DNA from: Vulcanimicrobiota bacterium
GTDB lineage: Bacteria > Vulcanimicrobiota > Xenobia > Xenobiales > JADMJV01
Direction: 5' to 3'
Assembly: GCA_050250895.1 (NCBI GenBank)
Contig: JBFWNU010000001.1
Location: 128,001 to 192,000, forward strand
Length of the DNA stretch: 64,000 nucleotides
This document shows positions 8,973-17,620 of the stretch, piece by piece. The translations under genes and the position numbers were made by a program. The notes under the pieces are model-generated. The model saw nothing but the letters and a program-made list of their open reading frames with translations. It was not told the origin of the DNA and did no database searches. Numbering within the stretch: position 1 is the first letter of the stretch; each line of letters opens with the position of its first letter.

Positions 8973-10537
8973 AAACGGTCCTCGCGATGTGGCTGGCTCT
9001 CAGCCTGGCGGTCCTGGCCGACCCTGTCGAGATTCACTTCGAGACCGTCCCGGCCGGCGCCAGCGTCCTGCTACAGACCAGCCACGGAGAGCAAGCCCTC
9101 CCTCGCCGGGGGCCGGCGGTGGAGTTCGACCCCAGCCGGGCTCAAGATGCCATTCTCACCTTTCGACTCATCAAGAACGGCTACGAGACGCTCGAGGTGC
9201 ACATTCCTCGCGAACGGCTGAACCATTCGCCCATTCGCTGGCCCCCGGACTCGACCCGCTACCTGCGACTGCAGCCACAACTGGTGCAGGCGACCTTTCA
9301 CACTCGCCCTGCGGGAGCCGCCGTGTGGGCGGTTAGGGCGGGGCAGTCCGACGAGTATCTGGGCCGCAGCGACGAGGTCTTGAGCCTGAGCCTGGCCCAA
9401 CTACTAGGCGATACCCAATCCGGCTTCTTTCAGGTCCAATTCCGCCTCGACGGCTATCACGCCGAGACGATCCCCATCTCCAACCACTTCTTCGGACCCG
9501 GCCGCGCGAACCTGTGGCCGCCAGATGGTGCCTATGGCTTGAGGCCGGTTGGCGGATGGCCGGTCCGCGCCTGGTCCTGGTTACGACAGAATCCAACGCT
9601 AGCCGCCTCGGCTTTGATGTTGACCGTGGTCCTGCTCAGCCTTGGCTGGCCCCTGGCCTCTGGTCTGGGGCGCCGTCTGGCCCGGGCCCGAGTGCTCGAG
9701 GACGCTCGCGCCAGCGAGAGCGCCAGCCTGGTCGGCAGGCGCCTCGGCCAATACCGCTTGCTGGCGCCATTGGGCGCCGGGGGAATGGCCAGCGTCTATC
9801 ATGCGGTTCCCGACGAAGCGTTCGGCGGTCCTCCCTGCGCCATCAAGGTGCTCAACTACGGACAGGACCATGAAGCGTTCAAGCGCGAGGCCAATCTGCT
9901 ACGCCAGTTGCAGCACCCGAACATCGTCCGGCTCGACGACTGGGGCGAACAGAACGGCCTTTACTACCTGGTGACCGAGCTGGTCCAGGGGACGACGCTC
10001 GAGGAGCAGCTGCTGACGCCGATGCCGGCCGAACGGCTGCTGGCGCTGATGCAACCCGTCATGGCGGCGGTGGATTTCGCTCATCAGCGCGGCATCGTGC
10101 ACTGCGACCTTAAGCCCGCCAACGTGCTGGTCGACCGCGACGGCACCCCCAAGGTGGCCGACTTCGGCATCGCCCGCCTGCTCGAGCAACAGCCCGAGCA
10201 GGAGAGCCGCCTGTTGGGAACCCCGGGCTATCTTGCGCCCGAGCGCTTCTCGGGTCGCCCAGCTACCGGAGCCGCCGACCAATATGCCCTGGGAGTGATG
10301 CTCTATCGCGGCCTGACCGGCCATCTGCCCTTCCCCGTCGAGCCGGGCGCCCTGCTCAGCCCCGACCAGGTAGGGGGCCGTCCCCCCTCCTGCGCAGAGA
10401 TCCCCCCGGGGCTGCGTGAGGTGGTCGCCAGAATGCTGGCCCCCAGGCCGGAAGATCGCTTCGAAAGCGTCGGCGCGGCCCTGGTCGCCCTGACTGCGAT
10501 TCCACTGTCTGTGGCCTCGTGGCCCACCTCGACCTAA
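8969..10537 (+). CDS. membrane Ser/Thr protein kinase with extracytoplasmic PEGA-like N-terminus
   Basis: Signal peptide MKTVLAMW, TM segment, LGAGGMASVY, AIK, HCDLKPAN, DFG, GTPGYLAPE. Confidence 0.9.
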   Translation: MKTVLAMWLALSLAVLADPVEIHFETVPAGASVLLQTSHGEQALPRRGPAVEFDPSRAQDAILTFRLIKNGYETLEVHIPRERLNHSPIRWPPDSTRYLRLQPQLVQATFHTRPAGAAVWAVRAGQSDEYLGRSDEVLSLSLAQLLGDTQSGFFQVQFRLDGYHAETIPISNHFFGPGRANLWPPDGAYGLRPVGGWPVRAWSWLRQNPTLAASALMLTVVLLSLGWPLASGLGRRLARARVLEDARASESASLVGRRLGQYRLLAPLGAGGMASVYHAVPDEAFGGPPCAIKVLNYGQDHEAFKREANLLRQLQHPNIVRLDDWGEQNGLYYLVTELVQGTTLEEQLLTPMPAERLLALMQPVMAAVDFAHQRGIVHCDLKPANVLVDRDGTPKVADFGIARLLEQQPEQESRLLGTPGYLAPERFSGRPATGAADQYALGVMLYRGLTGHLPFPVEPGALLSPDQVGGRPPSCAEIPPGLREVVARMLAPRPEDRFESVGAALVALTAIPLSVASWPTST

Positions 10538-10636
10538 ACTAGCCGGCGAGTTCGACCCCATCCGGTTGGCCGACTTCTCTGCCGATGGACGTCGTGGCGC
10601 GGAGGGCGAAAGGTGCCGAGCGCGAACCGGCTATCT

Positions 10637-11332
10637 ATGCAGCCCAGACTCCTCTTGCTCCTTAGCGCCTTCTTCTGCCTATCAGCTCTGGCGTCGGCAC
10701 AACCCACCGGAATCTTCATGGTCGGAGAATCCGAAGGTGATGACTTTCGCCGCCGGCTGACCCTGAACGGCCAACGAGGGACTCTGAGTGAGCTCGAGCC
10801 GGCAGAGGCGCCCTCGGTGGAGTTCACAGTCACGGCCATCGGGGCCAGACTCTATCACCTTCGCGGCACCGAGCAGCGGGAGCCCTTTCGAGCTTACCTT
10901 CGATTTCGCTCCGACCACGACGCACTCATCTGGGTGTCGGGACAGAACCGGCTGTTTCTGGCCCTTCGCCAGGCGGACACGAGCCTGGTGGAGGAACTCC
11001 AGGGTGACTGGAAGGCCCTGGTCGCAGACCAATTGGCCAGCGCCAACCTCACCGGTGACCAACTGGTTCTGCCAACCCCAAGCGGCGAGCTGCGGGCGCG
11101 ACTCATTCCCCTGGTCCCGGACGCTGAGGGCGAAGTGCGGATGGTGGCAGTTCCTGAAAACCAGGACTCGTTCTTGCTCTATTTCGTGGCCCTAGAACCC
11201 GATCTCTGGCTGCTGCGAAACCACGAGGAGGACGACTTCGTGCTGCTCTTTCGTGGAGAAACGCCCCCCTGGGTGAACGCTGAGCTCAAAGCTCGGAAAG
11301 AACAACAAACGCTGGTCGCGCCCCCTGAGTAG
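10637..11332 (+). CDS. hypothetical secreted protein
   Basis: Sec-type signal MQPRLLLLLSAFFCLSALASAQ; plausible codon usage. Confidence 0.7.
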   Translation: MQPRLLLLLSAFFCLSALASAQPTGIFMVGESEGDDFRRRLTLNGQRGTLSELEPAEAPSVEFTVTAIGARLYHLRGTEQREPFRAYLRFRSDHDALIWVSGQNRLFLALRQADTSLVEELQGDWKALVADQLASANLTGDQLVLPTPSGELRARLIPLVPDAEGEVRMVAVPENQDSFLLYFVALEPDLWLLRNHEEDDFVLLFRGETPPWVNAELKARKEQQTLVAPPE

Positions 11333-11349
11333 CTCGAAGCCCTTGCCCG

Positions 11350-12213
11350 ATGAAGCCCTTCTGGAGTTGCTCCGCTCATAGCGAACACGGCGCCCGGCCC
11401 TGGCCCGCCCGCCCTCTCCTGAACCAGGCCTGGACGAGATTTTGGGAACCAGCCTACTACGCAGCGCTCGTGGCCAGCGGTCGGCTGGCGGCCCGCCTCA
11501 AGCTCAACCTGGTCGAGGCCGGTAGTGGAGGCTTCTCCAAGCGGCGGCGGCGCTGGGCTCCGCTGGCGGTGGGAATGGCCAATTGGTATCTTCGCGTCAC
11601 GGGCGCGGGGTTTCGCATGCTCACCTGCCAAGAATGGCTCGCCTGGGAGCGCGCCGTGCACACTCAGGTCTTGAGCCGGCCCGTTCGGGTCGATGGGGTG
11701 ACCCTGCACACGCCGGCTTTGCCTGGAACAACGCTCCTTGAATACTTGGCCTCTTCCGACTCTGGGCCGGCTAAAGTCGAAGCGATAACAAGCGCTTTGG
11801 CGGAACTAAGACGCTTGCACCATCTTCAGGTCAATGGCAACTGGTTTACTCATGGCGATGCGGCCACCCACAACGTCTGCTATGCAGACGGACAGGCCTT
11901 CTGGCTCGACTTCGAGCGTCGGCATCGGGGCCGCGGGTTGGTCTGGTGTCGCGCTCAGGACCTGCTGGCGTTCGTCAACTCGGCGGCCACCGCCCTCAAA
12001 GAAGACCTTGGACTGCTTAAGCGGGCGCTGGTGCGTGGTTATCCCGATCCGGAGGTACTGCAAGAACTGGCTGGGCAGGCTCGCGATTGGCGCTCCAACC
12101 CGGTCGATCTCCAGGTGATTCAGGCCCCCTGGAGCTACTCCCTCCGCTCCAGGCTCGAAGAGCTTCTCAGCGACTGTTCTGTCAACGCCTCCGTGGCTGA
12201 ACCCACGAGCTGA
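11350..12213 (+). CDS. protein-kinase-like fold phosphotransferase (hypothetical)
   Basis: ELRRLH...HGDAATHNV...WLDFE, resembling the catalytic loop and DFG-equivalent. Confidence 0.6.
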   Translation: MKPFWSCSAHSEHGARPWPARPLLNQAWTRFWEPAYYAALVASGRLAARLKLNLVEAGSGGFSKRRRRWAPLAVGMANWYLRVTGAGFRMLTCQEWLAWERAVHTQVLSRPVRVDGVTLHTPALPGTTLLEYLASSDSGPAKVEAITSALAELRRLHHLQVNGNWFTHGDAATHNVCYADGQAFWLDFERRHRGRGLVWCRAQDLLAFVNSAATALKEDLGLLKRALVRGYPDPEVLQELAGQARDWRSNPVDLQVIQAPWSYSLRSRLEELLSDCSVNASVAEPTS

Positions 12214-12509
12214 GAGGCCCGCCGAGTGGCTTTCCCGAGACACCCTCTTCGAGGGCTGAAGTCGCGGTGACCCTTCTGCCTTCAAACTCCTTACTAGCCA
12301 CAGCGATGCTTGCGTCAATTTGTCCGGCTTGCTTCGGCCTCGCGACGGTCCCCCAAGGCCCAATTCGGTGAACATTTCCTTGTCGAAGAACTCGATCATC
12401 TCGGTCGTCTGTGACCGGAATTGGCGCCTCTTCTCGGGCCGCCCGGGGGCTCCCGTCGATAGAATTGTGAACTTTCACGCCCAACTCGTTCGCTATCGAA
12501 CTGAAGCCT

Positions 12510-12533
12510 CGAACTGAGCGCCAGCTCAGTTCG
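12510..12533. terminator. perfect 10-bp hairpin between convergent genes (possible terminator)
   Basis: CGAACTGAGC-GCCA-GCTCAGTTCG; no clear U-tract. Confidence 0.4.
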
Positions 12534-12564
12534 CTCCCATCTCGGCGCCCTGCGCCGCTCCCAT

Positions 12565-12620
12565 CTCCACGAAGTGGCTCCCCTCTCGTCGGCGAAGCCG
12601 GCGCTTTTTGTCGGCCGAAG
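12565..12620. repeat. degenerate single copy of the 72-bp repeat family
   Basis: GGCTCCCCTCTCGTCGGCGAAGCCGGCGCT...GTCGGCCG resembles GGCTCCTCTCTCGACGGCGAAGCCGGCGCT...GTCGGC at ~26047-26086. Confidence 0.6.
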
Positions 12621-12629
12621 GGCGAGAAG

Positions 12630-13547
12630 CTACTTGAAGTTGACTGGTGAGTTCACTTTCCAGCCGCCCTCTTTGACCAGCTCGAGAGTGGCTTTTTTCG
12701 GCACTTTCTCACCGGTTTGAAGGTCGGTAATGGGCATCTCGACCACCACCGTGGCCGTATCAGAGCCGACCTGCTCGTCGACCACCGTGGGCGTGCCGGT
12801 GCGCAAATCCTCGAGGAAAGTGAACATCGTCTTGAGCATCAATTGCACGAAAGGGTTGTCGCCGCCACCTTCGGCACCCGCAGCCGCAGGCTTCTGGGCG
12901 GCCATCTGTTCTCGAGAAGCCTTCATCTTTTGTTTCATCTCTTTGCGCAGCGCTTTGGACATGTAGGGCATCTGCTGGACCGCCAGCTGTTCCATGGCCT
13001 CCATGCCGGCTTTGAGATCGGCCTCGTTCTTCATGGCCAGCAGCGACTCGGCCGAAGGGAGGTTCTTCATGGTCGCCATCATTGCCATCACCACTTCGCC
13101 GGGCGATTTGCCCACGGCCGGCTCGTTACTCCAGTCGCCCCCGCTCGGGGCGACCACCTGGTCGACCAGATACACATCGACCGTGCCAAGCTCTTTGTTG
13201 GGAGTGACCTTGGCACCCAGTTGCCTGGCCACTTCCGCCAGGTTGACCATCACTGGGCCCGCTCCAGAGGTGCTGCTGACCGGCTTGCCTTCGACCACCA
13301 CTACGCCCTCGGAGATCAATTCCCGACCGTTCTGGTCGTCGGGTTGGCGGGTCACCAACCAGCCGCCTTCGACGGCGCGGGCATGCACTCCCAGGGCCTG
13401 AGCCAGAGGCGCCAATTCGACCATCATCTGGGCTCCACTACCGCTGACCGCACCCTGGAAGGGTCGATTGCGAATGAACAATTCCTCCGCTTGGGCGGCC
13501 CCTCCCAGCAGGCAAAGAAAGAACACCAAGACAACCCACGAACGCAT
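12630..13547 (-). CDS. hypothetical secreted protein (stalk-like N-domain, NTF2/DUF4878-like C-terminus)
   Basis: Signal peptide MRSWVVLVFFLCLLGGAAQA, SD GGAGGGAG; C-terminal DTATVVV...LVKEGGWKV. Confidence 0.7.
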   Translation of the reverse strand: MRSWVVLVFFLCLLGGAAQAEELFIRNRPFQGAVSGSGAQMMVELAPLAQALGVHARAVEGGWLVTRQPDDQNGRELISEGVVVVEGKPVSSTSGAGPVMVNLAEVARQLGAKVTPNKELGTVDVYLVDQVVAPSGGDWSNEPAVGKSPGEVVMAMMATMKNLPSAESLLAMKNEADLKAGMEAMEQLAVQQMPYMSKALRKEMKQKMKASREQMAAQKPAAAGAEGGGDNPFVQLMLKTMFTFLEDLRTGTPTVVDEQVGSDTATVVVEMPITDLQTGEKVPKKATLELVKEGGWKVNSPVNFK

Positions 13548-13621
13548 AAAATCTCCCTCCCAGGACTTTGCGAACTCCATCGTTTCAACCTTCTGTAAGC
13601 ATGGCTTGATAGGCTGCAGGA

Positions 13622-15085
13622 GTGAACGTGCGCCCACCCACGCCAGGGTTGAGATACGTTGCTTTAGGTGACAGCCTCACGGCGGGCTTTCAAGACCTCA
13701 CGCTGTGCGGCGAGAGCCAGGTCAAAGGCTTTCCCCAGCTGATCGCCGACGCGGCCGATATCGACTTCGAGACCCCCGCGGTCGGCAATCCCGGCGCCCC
13801 GCCCTGTCTTTTCCGAGGGGGTCGAGCAACCGCCTGGCATGCCCTGGGCCAGGTCTGCAAAGTGGCGCTGGGAATGGCTCTTCCCGGAGCCTTTCTGGCC
13901 GGCGGTTGGGTGCCCCCCGAAAGCACACTCCTGCCCCTGAACTGGCTGCTGGGCAGTCGCCAGGCCAGCCAGCGCCCGGCCGACAATCTGGGGGTCCCGG
14001 GTTTTGAGCTGCGCCACCTCGAGACCATTGCCAACACCAACGATCTGATGGCCGAGATGGCAGGACGGGCTACCTTCATGGGTCAGATGCCCATCATCGC
14101 CCCGGTAGTCAAAGCCGTGCTCCAACAAGGTGGCAACTGCAGCCAGGGTAAATCGGCAGTCACCCGCGCCGTCGAGGCCAATCCCGATCTGATCACCCTG
14201 TGGGCCGGCTCCAACGACGCCCTCGAGCCCGCTCTGATGGGCCATGTCGATGACCAGACCTTGACTCCGCTCGAGGACAAGCGCTGGACCTATCACGCTT
14301 ACAACCCGCTCAGCGGCACCCGGACTCCCTACGAGACCCAGCAGGTGATGCCCGGTTTTCGCAGCTCGCTCGACAGCCTGGTCACCCGGCTGCTCAAAGA
14401 GACCAGTGCCGAGATCCTGATGATGAATCTGCCCGACGTGACCCTCATCCCTTATCTGCGTGAGGTCGGTCAACCGGTGGGGCGCCTGCCGTTCCGGGTG
14501 GTGACGCTCGGCGGCAAAGACATCACCGAGTCGCTCGAGAACTGGAAGATCCCTGACGAGGTTCGTTCGCCCCAGCCCGGCGCCCGCGATCGCTTCCCGG
14601 CCGGCACCAAGGTCGGTCTCGGGTTCGTCCTGGCCAAGTTCTCGTCCAAAGAGCAACGCTTCACCGAAGATGAGGTGCTCGACCCCGACGAACTCGAGAC
14701 CATTCGCGAGCGCACCGCCGAATTCAACCAGCTGATCGAGCAGGCTGCCAACAGCAGCGAGCGCATCCATCTGGTGGATGTGGCTGCCCTCTTGCAGCGC
14801 TCCCGCAACGGAGTCGCCCTTCGCGGCGAAGGCCCCGAGGACACGGTCATCAACAACTTCGCCGGAGTCCGCAACGCGGCCAACCAGGACGGCTACTTCA
14901 GCTACGACGGTATCCACCCCAGCGATGTCGGCCACGCCATCCTGGCCAACGAGATGCTGACGGTGGCCAGGGCCAAGCTGTCCGAGAACCCGCGCTTTGG
15001 CCAGCTCACCAACGCTTCCCTGATCGACGAGAAGGCGATTCACGCCGACGATCCCCGCACCCGACCGGTGCTGGTTCTCCGCTAA
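13622..15085 (+). CDS. SGNH/GDSL family hydrolase
   Basis: Block I YVALGDSLTAG, block III WAGSND, block V DGIHPS. Confidence 0.88.
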   Translation: MNVRPPTPGLRYVALGDSLTAGFQDLTLCGESQVKGFPQLIADAADIDFETPAVGNPGAPPCLFRGGRATAWHALGQVCKVALGMALPGAFLAGGWVPPESTLLPLNWLLGSRQASQRPADNLGVPGFELRHLETIANTNDLMAEMAGRATFMGQMPIIAPVVKAVLQQGGNCSQGKSAVTRAVEANPDLITLWAGSNDALEPALMGHVDDQTLTPLEDKRWTYHAYNPLSGTRTPYETQQVMPGFRSSLDSLVTRLLKETSAEILMMNLPDVTLIPYLREVGQPVGRLPFRVVTLGGKDITESLENWKIPDEVRSPQPGARDRFPAGTKVGLGFVLAKFSSKEQRFTEDEVLDPDELETIRERTAEFNQLIEQAANSSERIHLVDVAALLQRSRNGVALRGEGPEDTVINNFAGVRNAANQDGYFSYDGIHPSDVGHAILANEMLTVARAKLSENPRFGQLTNASLIDEKAIHADDPRTRPVLVLR

Positions 15086-15112
15086 GCGCCGCCCGGAAGC
15101 AGGGTCAGAATT

Positions 15113-15739
15113 CTAGATCAGGTTGCGGCGGCGGGCCGTCTCGAGGGCCTGGAACAGATTCTTCGAATCGAGCCGTTTGAGAATGCCGCTGCGATACTTT
15201 TCGATGGTCTTGGGACTCAGGCACATGTCGTCGGCAATCTCGCGGGTAGTCAAGCCCCTCGAGATGCGCAGCATGACTTCGCGTTGGCGAGAGGTCAGCG
15301 GATTCTCGGGTCCGGGCTCGCGGCTGCGGACGGCCGTGGCCAGCGCCGCTGCGGCTTCTTTCGAGAGGTGATGGTGTCCGCGGGCCACAGAACGAAGAGC
15401 CTGCAGGTATTCCTCGGCCCCGGCCGACTTGGAGAGGTAACCATGCACCCCCGACTCGACTAACATCTGCACCTCGTTGGGTTCCGAGCGACAGGTGCAG
15501 ATGAGCACGGCCGTGTCCGGCTGCTCTTCGAGCAGGCGCAGAGCCACCTCGCGCCCGCTGGACCCCGGCACTTCGAGGTCGATAGAGACGACATCGGGTC
15601 GCGCCTGCCGGACGGTGGCCCAGAGTTCGTCCGCGGTGGTGGCCTCGCCCACTACCTCCATGTCATTCTGGGAATTGATCAGCCGAGAGAAAGCATTGCG
15701 CACCATCAGATGGTCTTCCAGTAGCATTACACGAATCAC
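15113..15739 (-). CDS. NarL/LuxR family response regulator
   Basis: REC domain (LEDH, IDLEVPG) plus LTSRQREV...LSPKTIEKY LuxR HTH. Confidence 0.92.
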   Translation of the reverse strand: MIRVMLLEDHLMVRNAFSRLINSQNDMEVVGEATTADELWATVRQARPDVVSIDLEVPGSSGREVALRLLEEQPDTAVLICTCRSEPNEVQMLVESGVHGYLSKSAGAEEYLQALRSVARGHHHLSKEAAAALATAVRSREPGPENPLTSRQREVMLRISRGLTTREIADDMCLSPKTIEKYRSGILKRLDSKNLFQALETARRRNLI

Positions 15740-16599
15740 AGCGTATCCTCCACAACGGGCAAACTAAGATAGGGACCTTCCCTACGACATCCGGCTTCTT
15801 CCAGCAACTCCAGCAGCAGTTCGGTCGGGGCTTCGAGATGAGCCGGTAGCTCGATGCGACCCCGACCCGAAGTCGTGAGCGATCCCAGTTGATACTCGAG
15901 TTCTTCGAGCAGGTCGATCAACTGGCCGTCGCATTCGAAGTGGGTTACGCTCGGCTCGGCTAGAGGCCCACTGAGCAGTTCGCGCAGGTGGATGGCCGCG
16001 CGGGTCATAGCGCCGGACACCATCTCGGTCGACTCGAGCTTGTCGGGTCCCCCGGCCATGCACATCAGTTCGAACTCGAGCCGAGCCACCGTCAACTCTT
16101 GGCAAGGGACTCTATGCAAGCTGTCGCGCATCTGCCGGCGTCGACCGGCGGTCCGCTCGAGCTGGGATTTGACCCAGGTCCGCCACCGCGACTCTCGAGT
16201 GGCGGCCTCGTGTCGACCGAGATAGGCGGCGGCCCGCTCGACCAGCCGCTCATTAGCGGGATGGCTGACCAGCACGGCGCCTCTCGCGAAACGACAGGCC
16301 AGAGCGGGCCTATCCATACCGAGTGCTTTGGCCAGGCCATCGCCGGCCAACGGTCCGAAACCCGGCTCGAGCGAAGCTCGAAACCGCCGGCCCGGGCGCC
16401 TGGCTCCGGCGGAGGCTTTGACCGCCCAGCGGTCGCCCTCTTCCACCAGCAGATGAGCTTCATGGTGCCCGCCCGGACTCACCAGCCCTTTGAGCACTTG
16501 TAGCTCATTGAGGGTGAAGCCGGGCGACAAGATAGCCTGCTCGTAGGCGGCGACGGTCGACGGCAGCAAAGATGCGATAGACAAGCCCGAGGTCCCCAT
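15736..16599 (-). CDS. hypothetical protein with HisKA_3-like segment and no ATPase domain
   Basis: ERTAGRRRQMRDSLHRVPCQEL resembles the ER.RIARELHD..GQ.L H-box; overlaps regulator start. Confidence 0.5.
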   Translation of the reverse strand: MGTSGLSIASLLPSTVAAYEQAILSPGFTLNELQVLKGLVSPGGHHEAHLLVEEGDRWAVKASAGARRPGRRFRASLEPGFGPLAGDGLAKALGMDRPALACRFARGAVLVSHPANERLVERAAAYLGRHEAATRESRWRTWVKSQLERTAGRRRQMRDSLHRVPCQELTVARLEFELMCMAGGPDKLESTEMVSGAMTRAAIHLRELLSGPLAEPSVTHFECDGQLIDLLEELEYQLGSLTTSGRGRIELPAHLEAPTELLLELLEEAGCRREGPYLSLPVVEDTL

Positions 16600-16747
16600 T
16601 CATGAGTTGACTGGAAGCGGTGGTCGGCCTGCCCGGGCCTCCTATCCGAACCTCCACAAAGTCTCTATCGGCCAAGACCGTAGATTCTCAAGCCCTCAAT
16701 TCCCGCATGAGGAAGGGCAAAAGCCCGTCGACAACCAAACAGTGGTG

Positions 16748-17620
16748 ATGAGCGAAGCGGCTGAGTTCGTAATCTTGACGGGGCTTTCCGGGGCAGGCAA
16801 AAGTCTGGCCATGAAGTGCTTCGAGGATCTGGGCTTTTTCTGCGTCGACAACCTGCCCCCGGTGCTGATCCCCAAGTTCGCGCAACTCTTTGCGACCTCC
16901 AGCTCCAATCGGCTGGCGCTGGTGATTCGCGGCAGCGAGCAGCGCCAGGAACTAAAAGAAGCTCTCGAGCAACTGCCGGCCCTGGGCTTTGAACCCAAGA
17001 TCCTGTTTCTCGAGGCCACCGAAGATGTGCTCTTACGACGCTACGCCGAGTCGCGCCGACGCCACCCCAAAGGTCGAAATCAGGGAGTGCTGCAGGCCAT
17101 TCGTGAAGAGACCCAGCTACTGGCCCCGCTCCGCAAGATGGCCGATCGTATTCTCGACACCTCCACGCTCACTCCCCATCAGCTCATGCGCCGTCTGCAG
17201 AGCCTGTTCAACATGGTCGGCGAACAGAAAATCGCGCTCCATCTGGTCAGCTTCGGCTTCAAACACGGTCTGCCTCGCGACGCCGATTATGTCTTCGATG
17301 TGCGCTTCTTGCCCAATCCTTATTATGTAGAAGAGTTACGTCCGCTGACCGGAATGGACCCGGCCGTCCGCCAGTACGTGCTGGATCGGCCCCAGGCCGA
17401 AGAGTTCCTGGCTCGTCTCAAGGCCATGCTCGACTTTGTTCTGCCCCGTTATTTCGCCGAAGGAAAGCAGCATTTGACCCTGGCCATCGGCTGCACTGGC
17501 GGCCAGCATCGCTCCACCTCGATCTCCGAACACCTGGCCAAGGAATATCGCAAAGAAGGGCACTTCGTCTCGGTCCAGCATCGAGACATGAAGGTCGACA
17601 AAGTCAAAACCCCCTCGTGA
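16748..17620 (+). CDS. rapZ: RNase adapter RapZ (YvcJ)
   Basis: ILTGLSGAGKS, FFCVDNLP, SFGFKHG, DVRFLPNP, IGCTGGQHRS. Confidence 0.95.
   Translation: MSEAAEFVILTGLSGAGKSLAMKCFEDLGFFCVDNLPPVLIPKFAQLFATSSSNRLALVIRGSEQRQELKEALEQLPALGFEPKILFLEATEDVLLRRYAESRRRHPKGRNQGVLQAIREETQLLAPLRKMADRILDTSTLTPHQLMRRLQSLFNMVGEQKIALHLVSFGFKHGLPRDADYVFDVRFLPNPYYVEELRPLTGMDPAVRQYVLDRPQAEEFLARLKAMLDFVLPRYFAEGKQHLTLAIGCTGGQHRSTSISEHLAKEYRKEGHFVSVQHRDMKVDKVKTPS

Noticed and set aside
12465-12479. TTGTGAA-CT-TTCACG Rex-like site
   Set aside because: Spacer is 2 nt rather than 4, and it lies between convergent genes
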